From: Camelus dromedarius
Taxonomy: Eukaryota
Reading direction: 5' to 3'
DNA length: 64,000 bases
NCBI RefSeq assembly: GCF_036321535.1
Contig: NC_087472.1
Location: forward strand, 93,684,001-93,748,000
Made by a program: the position numbers and the translations under genes
The notes under the pieces: model-generated
What the model saw: the letters and a program-made list of their open reading frames with translations, nothing else
The model's database searches: none
Told to the model about the DNA's origin: nothing
In this document: one piece after another, positions 36,920-50,734 of the stretch
Position numbering within the stretch: position 1 is the first letter of the stretch
Layout of the letters: each line of letters opens with the position of its first letter

Positions 36920-39540
36920 GGGAAAAAAATCCTCAGTAAAATTTTAGCAAATGAAACCCAACAGCACATGAAAAGCGTTATTCACAATGACCAAGTAGGA
37001 TTCATCCCCGGAATGCAGGAGTGGTTCACTGTGAGAAAATTAATCAATGTAATACATCATATTAATAGAACCAGGGTGAAAAAAAGTCATCTCATTTGAT
37101 GTAGAAAAGTCATTGGATAAAAATCCAGCAGGCTTTCAAATAAAAACTTGCAGAAAATCAGAAAAGAGGGAAAATTTCTTAACATGGCAGAGTTTATTGA
37201 TGAAAAACCCATAGCTAACATCCATCATACTCAATGGTGAATAACTGAAAGCTTTCCCTCTAAAATTAGGACTAGGACATGGATTCTTGCTTTCATTGCT
37301 GCTAGTTAACACTGTACTGGAAATTCTAGTTAGAGCAATTTGACAAGAAAATTAAATAAAAGGCATACAAACTGGAAAGGAAGAGGCAAAGCTACCTCTA
37401 TTTGCAGATGACATGATCCTATACTTAGAATGTCCCAAAGAATCCACATGAAAGCTATTAGAACTAGGAATTCAGCAAAGGTGTGGGGTATAGGAACCAA
37501 CACATGAATATCAGCTTTGTTTCTATACACCAGCAATGAAGATTTGAAAAGGAAATTAGGAAAGCAGTTCTATTTATATTAACATCTGAAAGAAGGCAAT
37601 ACTTAGGAATAAATATAACTAAGGTAGTGAAAGATTTGTGCACTGAAAACTACAAAACATTGCTGAAGCGAAGTAAACATTTAAATAAATGGAAAGATAT
37701 CCCATGGTCACAGCTAGGAAGACTCACATTATAAGATAATAATACTACCTAAAGCTATCTACAGAGTAAATGCAAACACTATCAAACTTCCAACGACCTT
37801 TTTCACATAAATGGAAAAGCTGATCTTCAAGTTCATATGGAATTGCAGGGGTGACCGAATACCCAAAACAATCTTGAAAAAAGAACAAAGTTGGAGGATT
37901 CAAACTTCCCAACTGTGAAACTTACTGCAAAGCTACAGTAATTAAAACAGTATGGTACTGGCCTAAAGGAAGATATATAGACCAAAGGAAAAGAATAGAT
38001 AGCCCAGAAGTAAACCTTCATATATATGGTCAGTTGAGTTTCAACAAGGGTGCTGAAACTATGCAATGGAGAAAGGATAGTCATTTCAACAAATGACGTG
38101 GGGAAACTGGATATTCACATCCAAAAGAATCAAGTTGTACCCTTACCTTACACCATATACAAAAATTAACTCAAAATTAATTAAAGACATAAACTTAAAA
38201 GCTAAAACTACAGAAGGTCTCTGACTTAAATTTTTTTGACTTTATGATGTCACAGAAGTGATACTCATTGAGTGAAAACCATACTTCATATTTTGAAATT
38301 TGATCTTTTTCTGAGCTAGCAATATGCAGTACCATATTCTCTTGTGTTGCTGGGTGGAAGCAGCAAGCTGCAGTTCCCACTGAGCCATGAGATCCTGAGA
38401 GTAAGCAACCAGTATATTTACAACCATTCTGTACCCATATAACCATTCGGTTTTTCACTTTCAGTATAATATTCAATAAATTACTTAAGATATTCAACAC
38501 TTTATTATAAAATAGGCTTTGTGTTGGATGATTTTGCCCAACTGTAGGCTAATATAAGTGTTCTGAGCATGTTCAAGGTAGGCTAGGCTAAGCTATGATG
38601 TTTGATAGGTTAGATGTATAAAATGCACTTTCAACATACAGTATTTTCAGTTTAAAATGATTTTATTAGGATATAACCCCATCATAAGTCAAGGAAGACT
38701 TGTATAAGACTCTTGGAAGAAAATCGCAGGGGAAGTCATGACCTCGAATCTGTCTATGATTCCATGAATCTGACACCAAAAGCACAGGCAACAAAAGAAA
38801 AAATATATAGACAGTACTTCATCAAAAATTAAAAATTTTGTGCATCAAAGGACACTATCAAAGTAAAAAGACAACCTACAGAATGGAAGAGAGTATTTGT
38901 AAATCATTCATTTCATAGAGGATTTATATCCAGAATATACAAAGAACTACAACTCAAGAATAAAAATAAGCAACCCAGTTAAAAAATGGGCAAAGGACTT
39001 GAGTAGTCATTTCTCAACAGGAGGTATACAAATGACCAATCAATACATGAAAATATGCACATGTGCAACATTATTCGCTTTTAAGGAAATGAAAATTAAA
39101 ACTGCAGTGAGATAACATGTCACACATACTAGGATGGCTTTAAATTATTTTAAAAAATGGACATAACATGTGTTGGTGAGGATGTTGAGAAATTGGATCT
39201 CTAGTGCATTGCTAGTGGAAAAGTAAAATGGTGCAGCTGCTGTGGAAAACATTTTGGCATTTCTTCAAAAAGTTAGTCGTAGAACCACCATATAACCCAG
39301 CAATTCCACTCCTAGGTATATATCTAAATAATTCAAAGCAGGGACACAGACATTTGTACAAAGTTTTCATAGCAGCATTATTCACAGTAGCAAAAGGAGC
39401 AAACAACCCAAGAGTCCATCAACAAATGAGTACATAAACAAAATGTTGCATATACAATGGAATATTATTCATCCATTGAAAGAGTGAAATTTTGATATAT
39501 GCTACAACATGAATGTACCTTGGAAAAATTATGGTGAGTG
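36920..39540 (+). mobile_element. L1 ORF2 3' half (decayed), split by a Tigger-type MITE
   Basis: RT-region sequence (tttgcagatgacatgatcctatac = FADDMILY) through the ORF2 C-terminus; many stops and frameshifts. Confidence 0.95.
38211..38702 (-). mobile_element. MER47/Tigger5-family TcMar MITE
   Basis: TA on both sides (38209-38210, 38703-38704); inverted termini; aggtaggctaggctaagctatgatgtt diagnostic segment; L1 rejoins across it (gctaaaacta|taagactcttggaagaaaat). Confidence 0.9.
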
Positions 39541-41900
39541 CAAGACTATTCACTTAGACCTATGTGTAGTCTTCATCTCTGGCACTCTGGTTATTCTTTA
39601 TTATGGCACCACTGTACAAACAATGAAGAGGCTTAGAGCAGAGGCTGGCTGAATGCACTGGTTGGGTCAACCACCTGGTTTTTCAGTGTCTCTCTAGTGC
39701 TGGATGCTCTCTTATGGGCATAAAAATAAGAAAAAGATCTGCCTACTTCATGACCACCCCAGTAGATCCATTCATATGCTTATTTCTCAGACGTTCTTGA
39801 ACATGGTCTTCAATTTATGCTCTTCCCAGGCACCTGTCCAACTAGCCAATGTATTCATCACAGCACAGGATTCTATGCATATCTATTAACCTCAGGCTGC
39901 TTATTCCTTTACGTGAAGTTGATGACCAGATATGCTATTTGAAGCTATGTCCATTGGGAGGATTTCCCCTCACCAATGTCATTAAGGGCCACTCTGGCGT
40001 AAGGATGTAGTGTAATGTAGTAGTAATTAGCTTTCAGCTTGCACCAACATATTGTGCCAACTCATCTGTGAACCAGGCCTTTAGGGAATTCCCCATAATG
40101 CCATTGGTGTTAATTGAAGGGGAGTCCTCAGTGCAGCAGCAGTAGGTATAAAATACATCTGTGCTACCTGATTGAGTACCTTGCTTGTAACCTTCCAGAA
40201 TGTCCCAGGCCCATTTTGAATATGCAGTTTTTATCATTTGATGGACTCCTGTTATGCCACCTTCTGCAATTTTATGACTTGGTGGATCAGAAAATGTCCA
40301 GTTTGTGATAAGCAATTCTGGTCCCTTGGTGCCCCATGGTTAGATAGTCCATTTCTACCAGGGCCCAGAAACATGCCAAGAATTGCTTTTTGAATGGTGA
40401 ATAGTTCTCTGCTGTAAATGGCACATCCTTGTTTCAGAATCCTAGGGGCCTGAATGGTGAATCTATGTAGTATCCTATGTATGGATCCCCCTAGTACCTT
40501 GGTATCTGCCATGTGTGCCATGTAACATAGCCCAAACCTATTCCAGAACAGTCTCTTTCTTTGGGCCTTACTTAAAATGAGCAGTGTTCTAAGTGAGTAG
40601 ATAAATGGATCAGAGTAGCATTCTCACATGTGTTATAGTCTGCCTATAAAGTCCACAAAGGCCTTTTTCTTAATGGTAAGATGTTCAAGGTGCAGTAACA
40701 TTTCCTTAAGGGGATGTCCTGGCATATACTAGACCTCTGGACTCCTAAAAATTTAGTCAAGTGTCAGTCTCCTGAATCTTTGTAGAGTTTATTTTCTACC
40801 CTCTTGTACATGTGTCTTACCATAATGTCCAGGTTGTTTGTCATTTCTTGCTGCCACTTCTATTAACTTGATGTTATCTACCAAAATTTTATGAGCTGGC
40901 AGAATAGACAGTACCTGGTAATGAAGAATCATTGTTGCCTCTGTTATGAAAGGGCTTATAGTAGTATCAGCTTGGACCAGTGTTATGTTCTACAGAATAT
41001 CTAGATGATTGGAGTCTCTCGGAATTATTTTGTGCAGAGAGCAGATGAATATATTTGGCGCCACGTGAAAGCAGATCACTTCTGCTCCTCCTTCCTGTTG
41101 GAGTTGAAATCAATGTATTTGCCATATCAGTAGCCACATACAAAGTCCAGGGGCCATGTTGATCTTTACTGGTAAATATAACATATTAGACAATATAACC
41201 AATAAAACTGTGATTAGGAATACTATTTCTTGAAGTTTATAGTAGTCCAGTGATATCCATGATGTTACATCTGTTTTTTGCATGGAACAGGCTGGTGACC
41301 TTGCTTCCTTTAATTATCTGAGCATGACTCTAATCTCTGCAAGTTCACTTGGTATGTGGTATTACTTCTGAATTGCTATTTTGTCTGGATAGACCATTTA
41401 AGGCACTTACTGTTGACCTTTACTATCATTATGACTCTTACTCTTAATGTGAGTGTTCTGAGAATTATTAAGTGTTATTCACCCAATTTATGCACTCAAG
41501 GACTGGTGAAATAACTACAGAATTGTTACATAGATCCACTGAATCCACTATGAAATGGTCTTGGGCCAGAACGGCATCTATTATCTGGTCTCTGTAGCCT
41601 TCACTCTAACAAGGAGGTCATGTTGTTTTTGTACCTGTGTTATCAGTATAACCTAATACCTTATATCCAATAGCCTTTGGAAGTTCTGAGTATTCTCCTT
41701 TCCTAAGTGTACCTAAGGGTAAATGGTCCTAGAGGTCAATTTATTCAATACCTCCAGGAATAGCTACTTTGTATACTTACTGTGACATGTCCTCCCCTTC
41801 AAACACTGGGCTCTGGGTCTAAAAACTGTTTCGGCAACTGGGCAAAGGATTAGGATTTTGCATTGCAGCAGCTGACATCAGCCTTTTGCTCTCCTGCTTT
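39541..41900 (-). mobile_element. ERVL-type internal region (pro/RT/RNase H remnant)
   Basis: Minus-strand remnants KAWFTD (RNase H, ~40060-40080) and QKTD..W...DYYKL (RT, ~41230-41280). Confidence 0.8.
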
Positions 41901-44670
41901 TGCTTTTTTGGAGGGCAATCATTTAAGTGTTACTTTAGACATTGTGTATTTTTTACTTTTAAATTCTTCACAATGTGTTTCCTTAAGAACAAGAGTCTTA
42001 TTTTCCCCAACCATAGTACTATTATTAAAAACCCACAAAATTTAATATTGATTCATTACCATTACCTAATCCAGAGTTCATATTCAAATTTTATCAACTG
42101 CCCTAATAATTTTATAACTCTTTTTTTCTTTCCTGTTTCAAGATTCAGTTCAATCAAGGATCACATATTACATTTAGTTTTCATTTTCCTCAATGTTTTG
42201 TTTTTGTTTCTTTCATGGCTTTGACATTTTTGAAGGATACAGGCCAGTTATTTTGTAAAATGATCCTAATTTTAGGTTTGCCTGACTTTCCTTCTGATTA
42301 TATTGATGTTATACATGTTTGGCAGGAACATCACAGAAGTGCTTCTGTGTCCTTCTCAGTACTTCATATCAAGAATTACATGATTTCTCTTTATCTCATC
42401 ATTGGTGGTGATGTGAACATTGGTCATTTGGTTAAAGTGGTGTCTGCAAGGTTTTCCACTGCTAAAGTAGCATTCTCCCCTTTACAGTTAATAGTGTACA
42501 CAGACATAATTTGAGACTATCTAAATATCCTTTTTCTCATCAAACTTTTGCTCACTATTATTAGTATATGTATTTGACTCTTGCTTGAATCAATTATCAC
42601 TAAAGTAAAGATGTTCTAATTTAATCATTATGTCTATGTTCACTGTTGGCATTCTACTGTTAAGGAAAGTTTTCCCTCTCCTACATTTATTTATTTTTTC
42701 AATTATTATTTAATCATTAAGGACTCAGAGATTATTGTTTTGTTCAGTGATTTATATTCAGCTATTATTATATTATTAATTTTTCTGGTTTAAAATTGTC
42801 TCAAATTTGGCCAGAGCAAGCCCTTTTGAACTCATTTATATGTTCTTCAGACATGTCTTTGTCATTCATTGTGAACTTCCTTCTTTCTATCACAACAAAA
42901 AGTTTCTGGTTCATCTTGTACATTCCTTGACCCAAAGCTAGATATACCATTTCTCTACAAAGTTAAAATTCTTCTAGTAGATAATGCTATTTAAAACCAA
43001 TATTTGGGCTCTAAGTGTGCTCTTTGTGTCTTTGAGTGTCATTGCTTTCAGCTCTTCTCAGCTATAGATATCTGTATTTATATGTGTATCTAAAACTTGT
43101 ATATATAAATTTATCTACATCTGTATCTATATCTATATCCACATTGATTTCCACATACCTATACCAACATCTATCTCTCTATATATAATATGTATATATC
43201 CATGTAATTAAGCCATGAATTCAAACTATAATTTCAATTTCAGTTCAGTACTACATGGTTCACTCTAGTTCTCTCTGTTTACATATTTGTAGCTCCCTTT
43301 TCCAACAGTGATAAGCATGGCTCTTATTGTCTGTAATACAGATTTGCTCAATTCTATAATGTGCAAAATATAGTTTCAGAATTATACCACTGCAAAAATC
43401 AAACCTACTAGCTAGAATTCAATAATTGTTTGAAATTAATAGTCAAAATACTTATATTAAAAATTATGTAATTAATTTGAAACATAGGTTCATTTATTTC
43501 TATTTGGATTCTATTTTAGAGATTTCTCCACATTCCTATTTATTTTATTTTGTTTAATTCATTTGTTTTCATTTTATATTTCCAGTACCTAAAATCTCAA
43601 CATGGTTCCAAGAATTAAAACTATACAAAAGGCATCCTAAGATACGTTTTACTCCCCTTTCACTTCCTCAACTCTTCTATCACTTTCTCATACCCTGCAG
43701 GTCATCAAATCTCAGTAGTTTCTGCTTTACTTTTTTTTTTTTTCTTTTTTCAAAAGTAAGGAGATACATGTATACATGTCTGTATTCCTGTTTTCTCTTT
43801 ATACACAAAAGGGAACATGCAATACAAACTCTTTTGTGTTTGTTTTTCCCCTTGACAGTGTAACCTGGAAATCACTCTACATCAATTAAAATAAACCTTC
43901 CAATAAAGAACTCCACTGTATGTATGTACATAAACTATTTAATCTTCTCTGTGTAGACACTTAACATAGTTTGCAGTATTGTTCAATAAGAAACAAATGC
44001 TATAATGAATAGACGTGCTTTTTCCTTTTTCTTTTGCTTTTCTCTACCTCCTTCTTCTCTTCCTAGCATTTTTGCAGTGTACCTTCTGACTGCATTTCTG
44101 AAAGCGGTACTGCTGAGTTAAAGGGTAACGACATAAGTACATTTGTTAAATTTTATCAAATTCTCTTCCATAAAGATTGTACTAGTCTGCAGTTCTACTA
44201 GCAATATATGAGAATGCCTGTTCTCCACAGTCTTGCCAACAGAGGGTGTGGTGGAGCTCTCAAATTTTTGACACTGTGATATGCAAGAAATTCTCAATGT
44301 GGTTTTAAATTACATTTTCCTCATTATATGCAAAACTTAGCATATTTTTACATGTTTAAGAACTTTTTAATGTAGTTTTAAACTTGTTTTTGAAATAAAA
44401 ATTATTCATATCTTTTCCCTATTTTTTTCTATAATTTTTATTTTGGTGGTTGTCGTTAGACTTTATCATTTACATTTCTTTATTAGAATATTAATCATTT
44501 ATGTGTGACATATGTTTCAAACATTTTCTCCCAGATAGAAATTGTCTTTTCACTTTTCCTGTTTCTTTCTCTCTCTCTCTGTCTCTTTTTTTTTCTTGCT
44601 GTGAAATTTTTCTGTACTTTTAAGCAATAGAATTTATCCTATCTTTTACTGAGTCTGGACTTTGAGTCAC
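41901..44670 (-). mobile_element. Old L1 3' region (L1MC-like)
   Basis: Long L1MC-type 3'UTR (ttgacatttttgaaggatacaggccagttattttgta) followed by the ORF2 tail. Confidence 0.8.
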
Positions 44671-44689
44671 AGTTGAGGAAGTTGGTTTT

Positions 44690-45101
44690 TCATGAGTTTC
44701 TGTAGGTTACTGGTGAATCCTTTTCTGAAAGAGTCTTTGTTGGAGAGTGGAAGGGAAGCAACCATTTTGTAGATTACACATGTGGTTGCTGATCTGCTGA
44801 CTCACTTCATTGGCATGAAGCAGCATCTAGACCTGCAATTGCCCTAGCTTCCTTGAATTTTCCTAATTTTTTTCCTGACTCCTGGGTCAGCTTATGTTCA
44901 TGGGTTTTCCAGCCTGCTTGTGATTTTGTCTCCCTGACTGCCTTCCCTGTGGACTTCACATTCTAGCATCAGATGTAGAGACACAGACTTAAAAGCCGAT
45001 TTCCTGTAAGAAATCTGGCTATTTATGTTTATCTCTCTCTCTCTCTATCTTCCTATATAATCTACTAGTTCTACTTCTCTGGTTGAATCCTCACTGATTC
45101 A
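44690..45101 (+). mobile_element. Old ERVL-class LTR
   Basis: 3' end ctactagttctacttctctggttgaatcctcactgattca. Confidence 0.6.
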
Positions 45102-45151
45102 GAAATGGCTTCCATTGTAAATTATTTTGAAAAAATGTTGGCAAGACTTAC

Positions 45152-45203
45152 CCTGTTTGGAGATTCATAATAGATGTTATCATATAAAAGTCTCTAAGAC
45201 AAC
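45152..45203 (-). other. Candidate 52-nt spliced exon
   Basis: Minus strand acceptor ggtttctttcttctag|GTT and donor AGG|GTAAGT. Confidence 0.3.
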
Positions 45204-45338
45204 CTAGAAGAAAGAAACCTCACTATATTCATGACAGAATTGCCACACTATTTGACTTACTATCAAAACCACTAACCTAAAATTTATTCTTACCTCATAG
45301 AGCTGGTTTCCAAATAAAATTTAAAATCTGTGTAGGAT

Positions 45339-45357
45339 ACACACACACACACACACA

Positions 45358-45392
<35 letters not shown>
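45339..45392. repeat. (AC)11(GT)16 self-complementary compound microsatellite
   Basis: Direct count. Confidence 0.97.
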
Positions 45393-45399
<7 letters not shown>

Positions 45400-47134
45400 A
45401 AATACAAATGAGAGAGGTAAAAGAGTTATTTTCAGTCTTCCCCAACATTGAAACAAAAAGGCCATAAATTTTGAATAGTCTTTCTTAGTAGTAAAAACAA
45501 AAACCAAAAACTTAGCCTTTTTCTAAAGATTTTTCCTTTTTGGTCTATGATAAATAGAGCTGAAAAATGAATTACTATTAATTTGCCACTCACTTTTTCA
45601 TTAGTATTAGCTAAATCCACAGTAACCAAGAGTGCTGGGCCCTGAACATGTGTTCCAGTTCTTCACTTTACGTAGCCAACCAGCCAAGAGGGCTTGTAGG
45701 GGTTGAAATCAATTCCAAACTCTTTTAAACATCACTTACTTTTAAACATCACTATGAAAGTTTTATTATTATTTGCATGTTGCTGATAAGGAAATTGGGT
45801 TTCAAAGAGGATAAATATTATACAATTAAAACCGAGTCCAACCTACATTTATTTCTTTTCTACTCTAATAGACTGTCTTCTTATACTATGTTACTTCCAT
45901 GCACTGCACTTGTTCGTGTGTTATGTTTTTTAAATCTTTGTAACTTCTTTCCTTCTTATGTATCCTCTTTAAAATCTAGATTATGGTCCCACTCTGACAA
46001 ATGGGAAATTAATGTCTTTCATTCTACTATGTATTGTTCAAATACTCACTATATGTTTTATTTTTGAAATAGTCTCTATGTATCCCACATTATTTAATTA
46101 GCATTATACTTTTTAATAAACATCTCGATGTAATTATTTGTTTCCCTTGTCCCATAAAAAGTGGCGATCCTTTTTTTGTCTGAATCATGAAAAAGCAATG
46201 CTTTTTTAAAAAGACTCTAGAAAATACTTAATAAATGAGCAGTTAACAAATGTGTGGACTAGTCACTAGATGGCAGACAGCTGGATATTTTGGAGATACG
46301 AGAATATCACTAGATGTTTTGCAATAGAAACAAATAGAAACCTGTAAAAAGAAAAAAAGCGTAATACTGATAAAAGAGAGTTCTTTTATAATGGAGAGTT
46401 CTTTTTCAACATGCTTTTATTTTCCCAAATATATCATGATCCTGAGTAAGCAAATTAGTGAATCATGTTGATTGTTATGTAAAAATGTTAAGCCATGTAA
46501 CTCAATTCATGGCTTTCAAAACTCCATGGAAGAAAATGTTTAAACAATGTCATGCAAAGCCACCATGCGGTGCAGATTTGAAACAGAATTTATTGGGAGA
46601 AAACTTGAAAGCAGAGAAGAGTAGAATGCACACATTTCCCTGAACTCTCCCTATCCCACAGTGAAGACTAGGTCTGCATATATCATGTTGTACTAGACAG
46701 GAGGAACCTTCCTCCCAAATCTCTAAACAGCTATGTATTTATAACAAAGAGCAAGGGAAATCTATATAACTAAGACACAGAGGAACTCCCTGGTCAGGGA
46801 AGTGGCCTTACTAGAAATGGGAAATTTCTGAAGCCCTGTAACTGGTATTAGCCTGGCATTTTGATGAGCTAACGCAGACTACTGAGCCACTCTTCTAAGT
46901 TATTAAAGGAGGGAAAGAGATTAGCTGCTAGAACCCTCCAGATATGGTGCTCCTTATGTATTTAATCAGTGTAGCTTGAAACTTCAGTACTATGTAGTTC
47001 TATGGATTACAAATAAAATGATATATCCATAATTGTAGTGTATAACCTTTTTTAAAACTTTTTTTCACATCTGGCCAGGATTTTATCTTCTTTCTAGAAG
47101 GAGAATATATTTTTCCTCTTTGGGAAAAAATCGT

Positions 47135-47528
47135 GTTTTTGTTTTTTTTTTTAATATATATATTTATTTTTATTGAAGTACAGTGACTTTGCAATGTTGT
47201 ATTAATTTCTGTGTACAGCACAATACTTCAGTCATATAGGAGCATACATATGTTCATTTTCATATTCTTTTTCACCATAAGTTACTACAAGATATTGAAT
47301 ATGGTTCCCTGTGCTATACAGTATAAACTTGTTGTTTATCTATTTTATATATATATTAGTTAGTGTCTGCAAATCTAGAACTCCCAATTTATCCCTTCCC
47401 CCTGTTCTCCCACTGGTAACTATAAGTTTGTTTTCTATGTCTTAGAGTCTGTTTCTGTTTCGTAAATGTTTGTCTTTTTTTTTTTTTTTTTTTTTTTTAG
47501 ATTCCACATATAAGTGATAGCATATGGC
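47135..47528 (-). mobile_element. L1 3' end, lineage-type subfamily
   Basis: Poly-T then antisense 3'UTR; closely similar to the copy at 63765-64000. Confidence 0.92.
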
Positions 47529-48929
47529 ATGATAGCTATGGGGGAAATTGCCAGGGGGAGACTGATTGGACATGCCTGATCTCGCAGCAGCCACTGGCTC
47601 AGTCACTATTGCCTGAGAGGTGGAGGAGAAAAGGACCAGGCAGGATTAGCCTTATCAAAACCATATGGGACCATATCATATGATTTTATTATTAATTATT
47701 ACAGTTCTCATAGAGTGTAAGACCTATATTTTCAACTTTTAGATAATTGATATACTTCTAGCATACCAGTATTATGACTGACAATTGATATTTTGGAAGA
47801 CAAAAAATATACTTTCTAAGAGAGGATAATTCACTGTATTGCAACAGTTGAGGAGGATATTAAAAAAAAATAACAACCTTGGAAAATACCAATAGTGCAG
47901 AATACCAGAAATAGCAGCAATAGTATCATCAACCACAGTATCTTCTACAGAAATTTCACATACCTTTTCATTTAAAAAATACTGTGTAAAGAATTCATTC
48001 TTTTCTATCCCTAAGAAAAGAATACTAGAACTATGTATTCTGTTTACTTTTACAATATATTCTAGCTGAAAATTTAAAAGTTTTCTTAGACAATTATGTT
48101 ATTGCTCTTTACTCCATAAGTATGAGATATATATTATCTATCATATTATTATCTCTCTAGTTATTTTTAAATAAAAATATAGAAAGAATACTGTTAGACA
48201 TGTGGGATATGAACAAAAATGAAAATTTTTAGTGCCATTTATTTTATTATTTATTTCTAAGTTCATAAACTTTGAGAGGTTTTAATGACCTTGTAGAGCT
48301 TTGAATATTGCAGACTTATGTGAATTAGAAATTAGGATTTTAATATTCTTTTCTGATCTATTTTTCAGTGATTCTATTCAGAGTTAATTAGAAAAAGCTT
48401 AAACATGGTATGAACAAAAATTTTATTTTCATCAGCATTATGCTGAAAAGTTAGCATATTCTGAAGTTTCTTATATTACAAAGACTGGGATTAGTGAATC
48501 TATTTCTTGGTCACTTTCAAATTAAAGATTGATATTAATTGGATTGTGATCTGCTATGAAATATGTTATTTCTGGGTTTAATCACAGTGCAGAGAAAAAT
48601 TTAAAAAAATACATATTTCAATTTTGATTTTATCTTTGGTAAAATATTTTGACATATCCAGAAGTTGAAAATGTTCACGTGACATAGTCATTTCTTTTTT
48701 TTTTTAATATTTAATATCATGTGGGTAAACAGTGTTTTAAAAATTATGTTGATTCATTATGTTCAAAATGTATTCTAAAGTTTCAAAACTGTTCTTTGGA
48801 AAAAATATTTGGCCTTCTTAGAAAAAGAATCGGAAATCTTCACCAAAAAAAAACTGCAGTGACTACAATAGGAATGAATTGGATATCTGTTCTTTCATGT
48901 CTAACATCTTTTCCCTTTTTACGGTAGCA

Positions 48930-49910
48930 ATACTTCACTTTCCTTTTTTGGGGACAATACCTTTCTTCTCTCTCTAACAGCATTTTTCACCACCACTAAC
49001 ACCTCCAACATCATAGGGTCCAGCAAACCATGTGGCCCAAAAAGCACAGATGCTTGCACTCACTATAGCTTAGACTTGCTGCAGAACACCTTTTCTGCTC
49101 TGGACCCCACTCGAAACTGGCACTTTTTTGTGTCACCTAGTAGATAAGCTGAAGCAGTGTCCCTAGGTATGGAGTGTATTTCCTACAGAACCTAAAGTTC
49201 ACCAAGCACTGCATTTCTTTTTCACTTTGGAGGGTATGTCTTGGCACTGAATCCATAAAAATCATTTGGATATTGTAGGCTCCTGAATTTCCTCAGGTTT
49301 ATATCCCATCCTCTGGTTTGCACATGTCTTACCAAGTGCCCATTGTGATAGTCACTTCTTGATTATCCTGCTTGATCAACATATCATTGATGTAATGAAT
49401 CAATGTGATGTTCTGTGGGATATCCAGACAGTGTAGAGTTCTTTAGACATTATTATAATAGAGAGAGCAGTAGAGTTAACATAGCCCAGAGGCAAAACTG
49501 CTAATGAATTCATTTGTCTGTTCCACATGAATTCAGACTGTTACTGATCTTCTTTCTTGATTAAAATAGAAAGAACACAGTTTGCAAATCAGTGGTCACA
49601 TACCACGTACCTGAGGCCTTATTAATCTACTCTGACAATGATACCAAGTCCAGCACAGCAGTTGCAGTCAAGGCTACTACTTGTTGAGATCTGCAGTAGT
49701 CTATAGTCATTGTCTTGGATCCATCCAGTTTCTGCAGGGTCCTTAGTAATGAATTAAACAGAAATAAAATGGGTACCACTATTGTAGCCTTTAGATCTTT
49801 AAAGGTAGCACTACTTTTTAGCATCCCCTCCAGATACATTGGTGTTTTTAATGTACTCTTTTGGCCAGAGAGGCAGTTTCAGAAGCTTCCATTTGGTTTT
49901 CCACTATGAT
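48930..49910 (-). mobile_element. Second ERVL-type pol (RT) remnant
   Basis: ORF 49627-49839 SATFKDLKA...FNS...LQKLDGSKTMTIDY...QVVA...AVLDLVSL matches the ERVL RT N-terminus. Confidence 0.88.
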
Positions 49911-50712
49911 AGCACTTTCCTCAAAAATGTGATAAACTCGCATCATCAAATATGGACACATTCCACAAAAGGAAAGATATTATTATAAATAAATAATTGC
50001 AGCCCTGTACACTGATTTTCCCAGTAAATACTCTAAGCATAATGATGTATACCTTGTTAAAAAGAACATAATATATGTTTATATATCTATATATGTGTAT
50101 ATAAATTCCTTTGTAAAAACTTAATTGGAGACTAAGCCCTTTATAATACTTGCTACTTGCTATGACACCAACTTTACACAAACTATATTGAGCACTTACT
50201 CATGTAATTTCAAAACCCACATTTAGACATATAGGTGTAGGTTCTTACGTATACTTTTCAAAATGTCATCTTAAGAGTGCATATTTATTGTGCATGTGTT
50301 TTTTTCTCTTATCTGATAATTTTAGAACATTTGGAGTAGACTCATAAAGCTTAGAGTCGTTCAGTGAAGAGTTTTTGATGGCACGATATGCGTGATTTGA
50401 GACAGTTTCGGAATGCCTGGTCTATGCTATCCACTCAATCATTTTAATATATATGGCTTAACAATGTTGCAAGTCTGATTTCATTTTAATGCTGCATTAG
50501 CTGGAGAATCATGATTTATTGTGACAGAGTATAAATTCAACTATTGAATCTTTAACAATAAATAATGAGCAGCATTTGTAATAGGGAACAATAAAGCATT
50601 ATATTGATAGAGGCAGAATTGAAATGATGACAAAATATAACAATCTACTATCAGACAACATAATTAAAGTTTAGCTGTGGGGTGCCTGGATTCTATTATT
50701 TTAAGGTGGTTT

Positions 50713-50734
50713 GTGTGTGTGTGTGTGTGTGTGT
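50713..50734. repeat. (GT)n microsatellite
   Basis: Direct observation. Confidence 0.9.
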
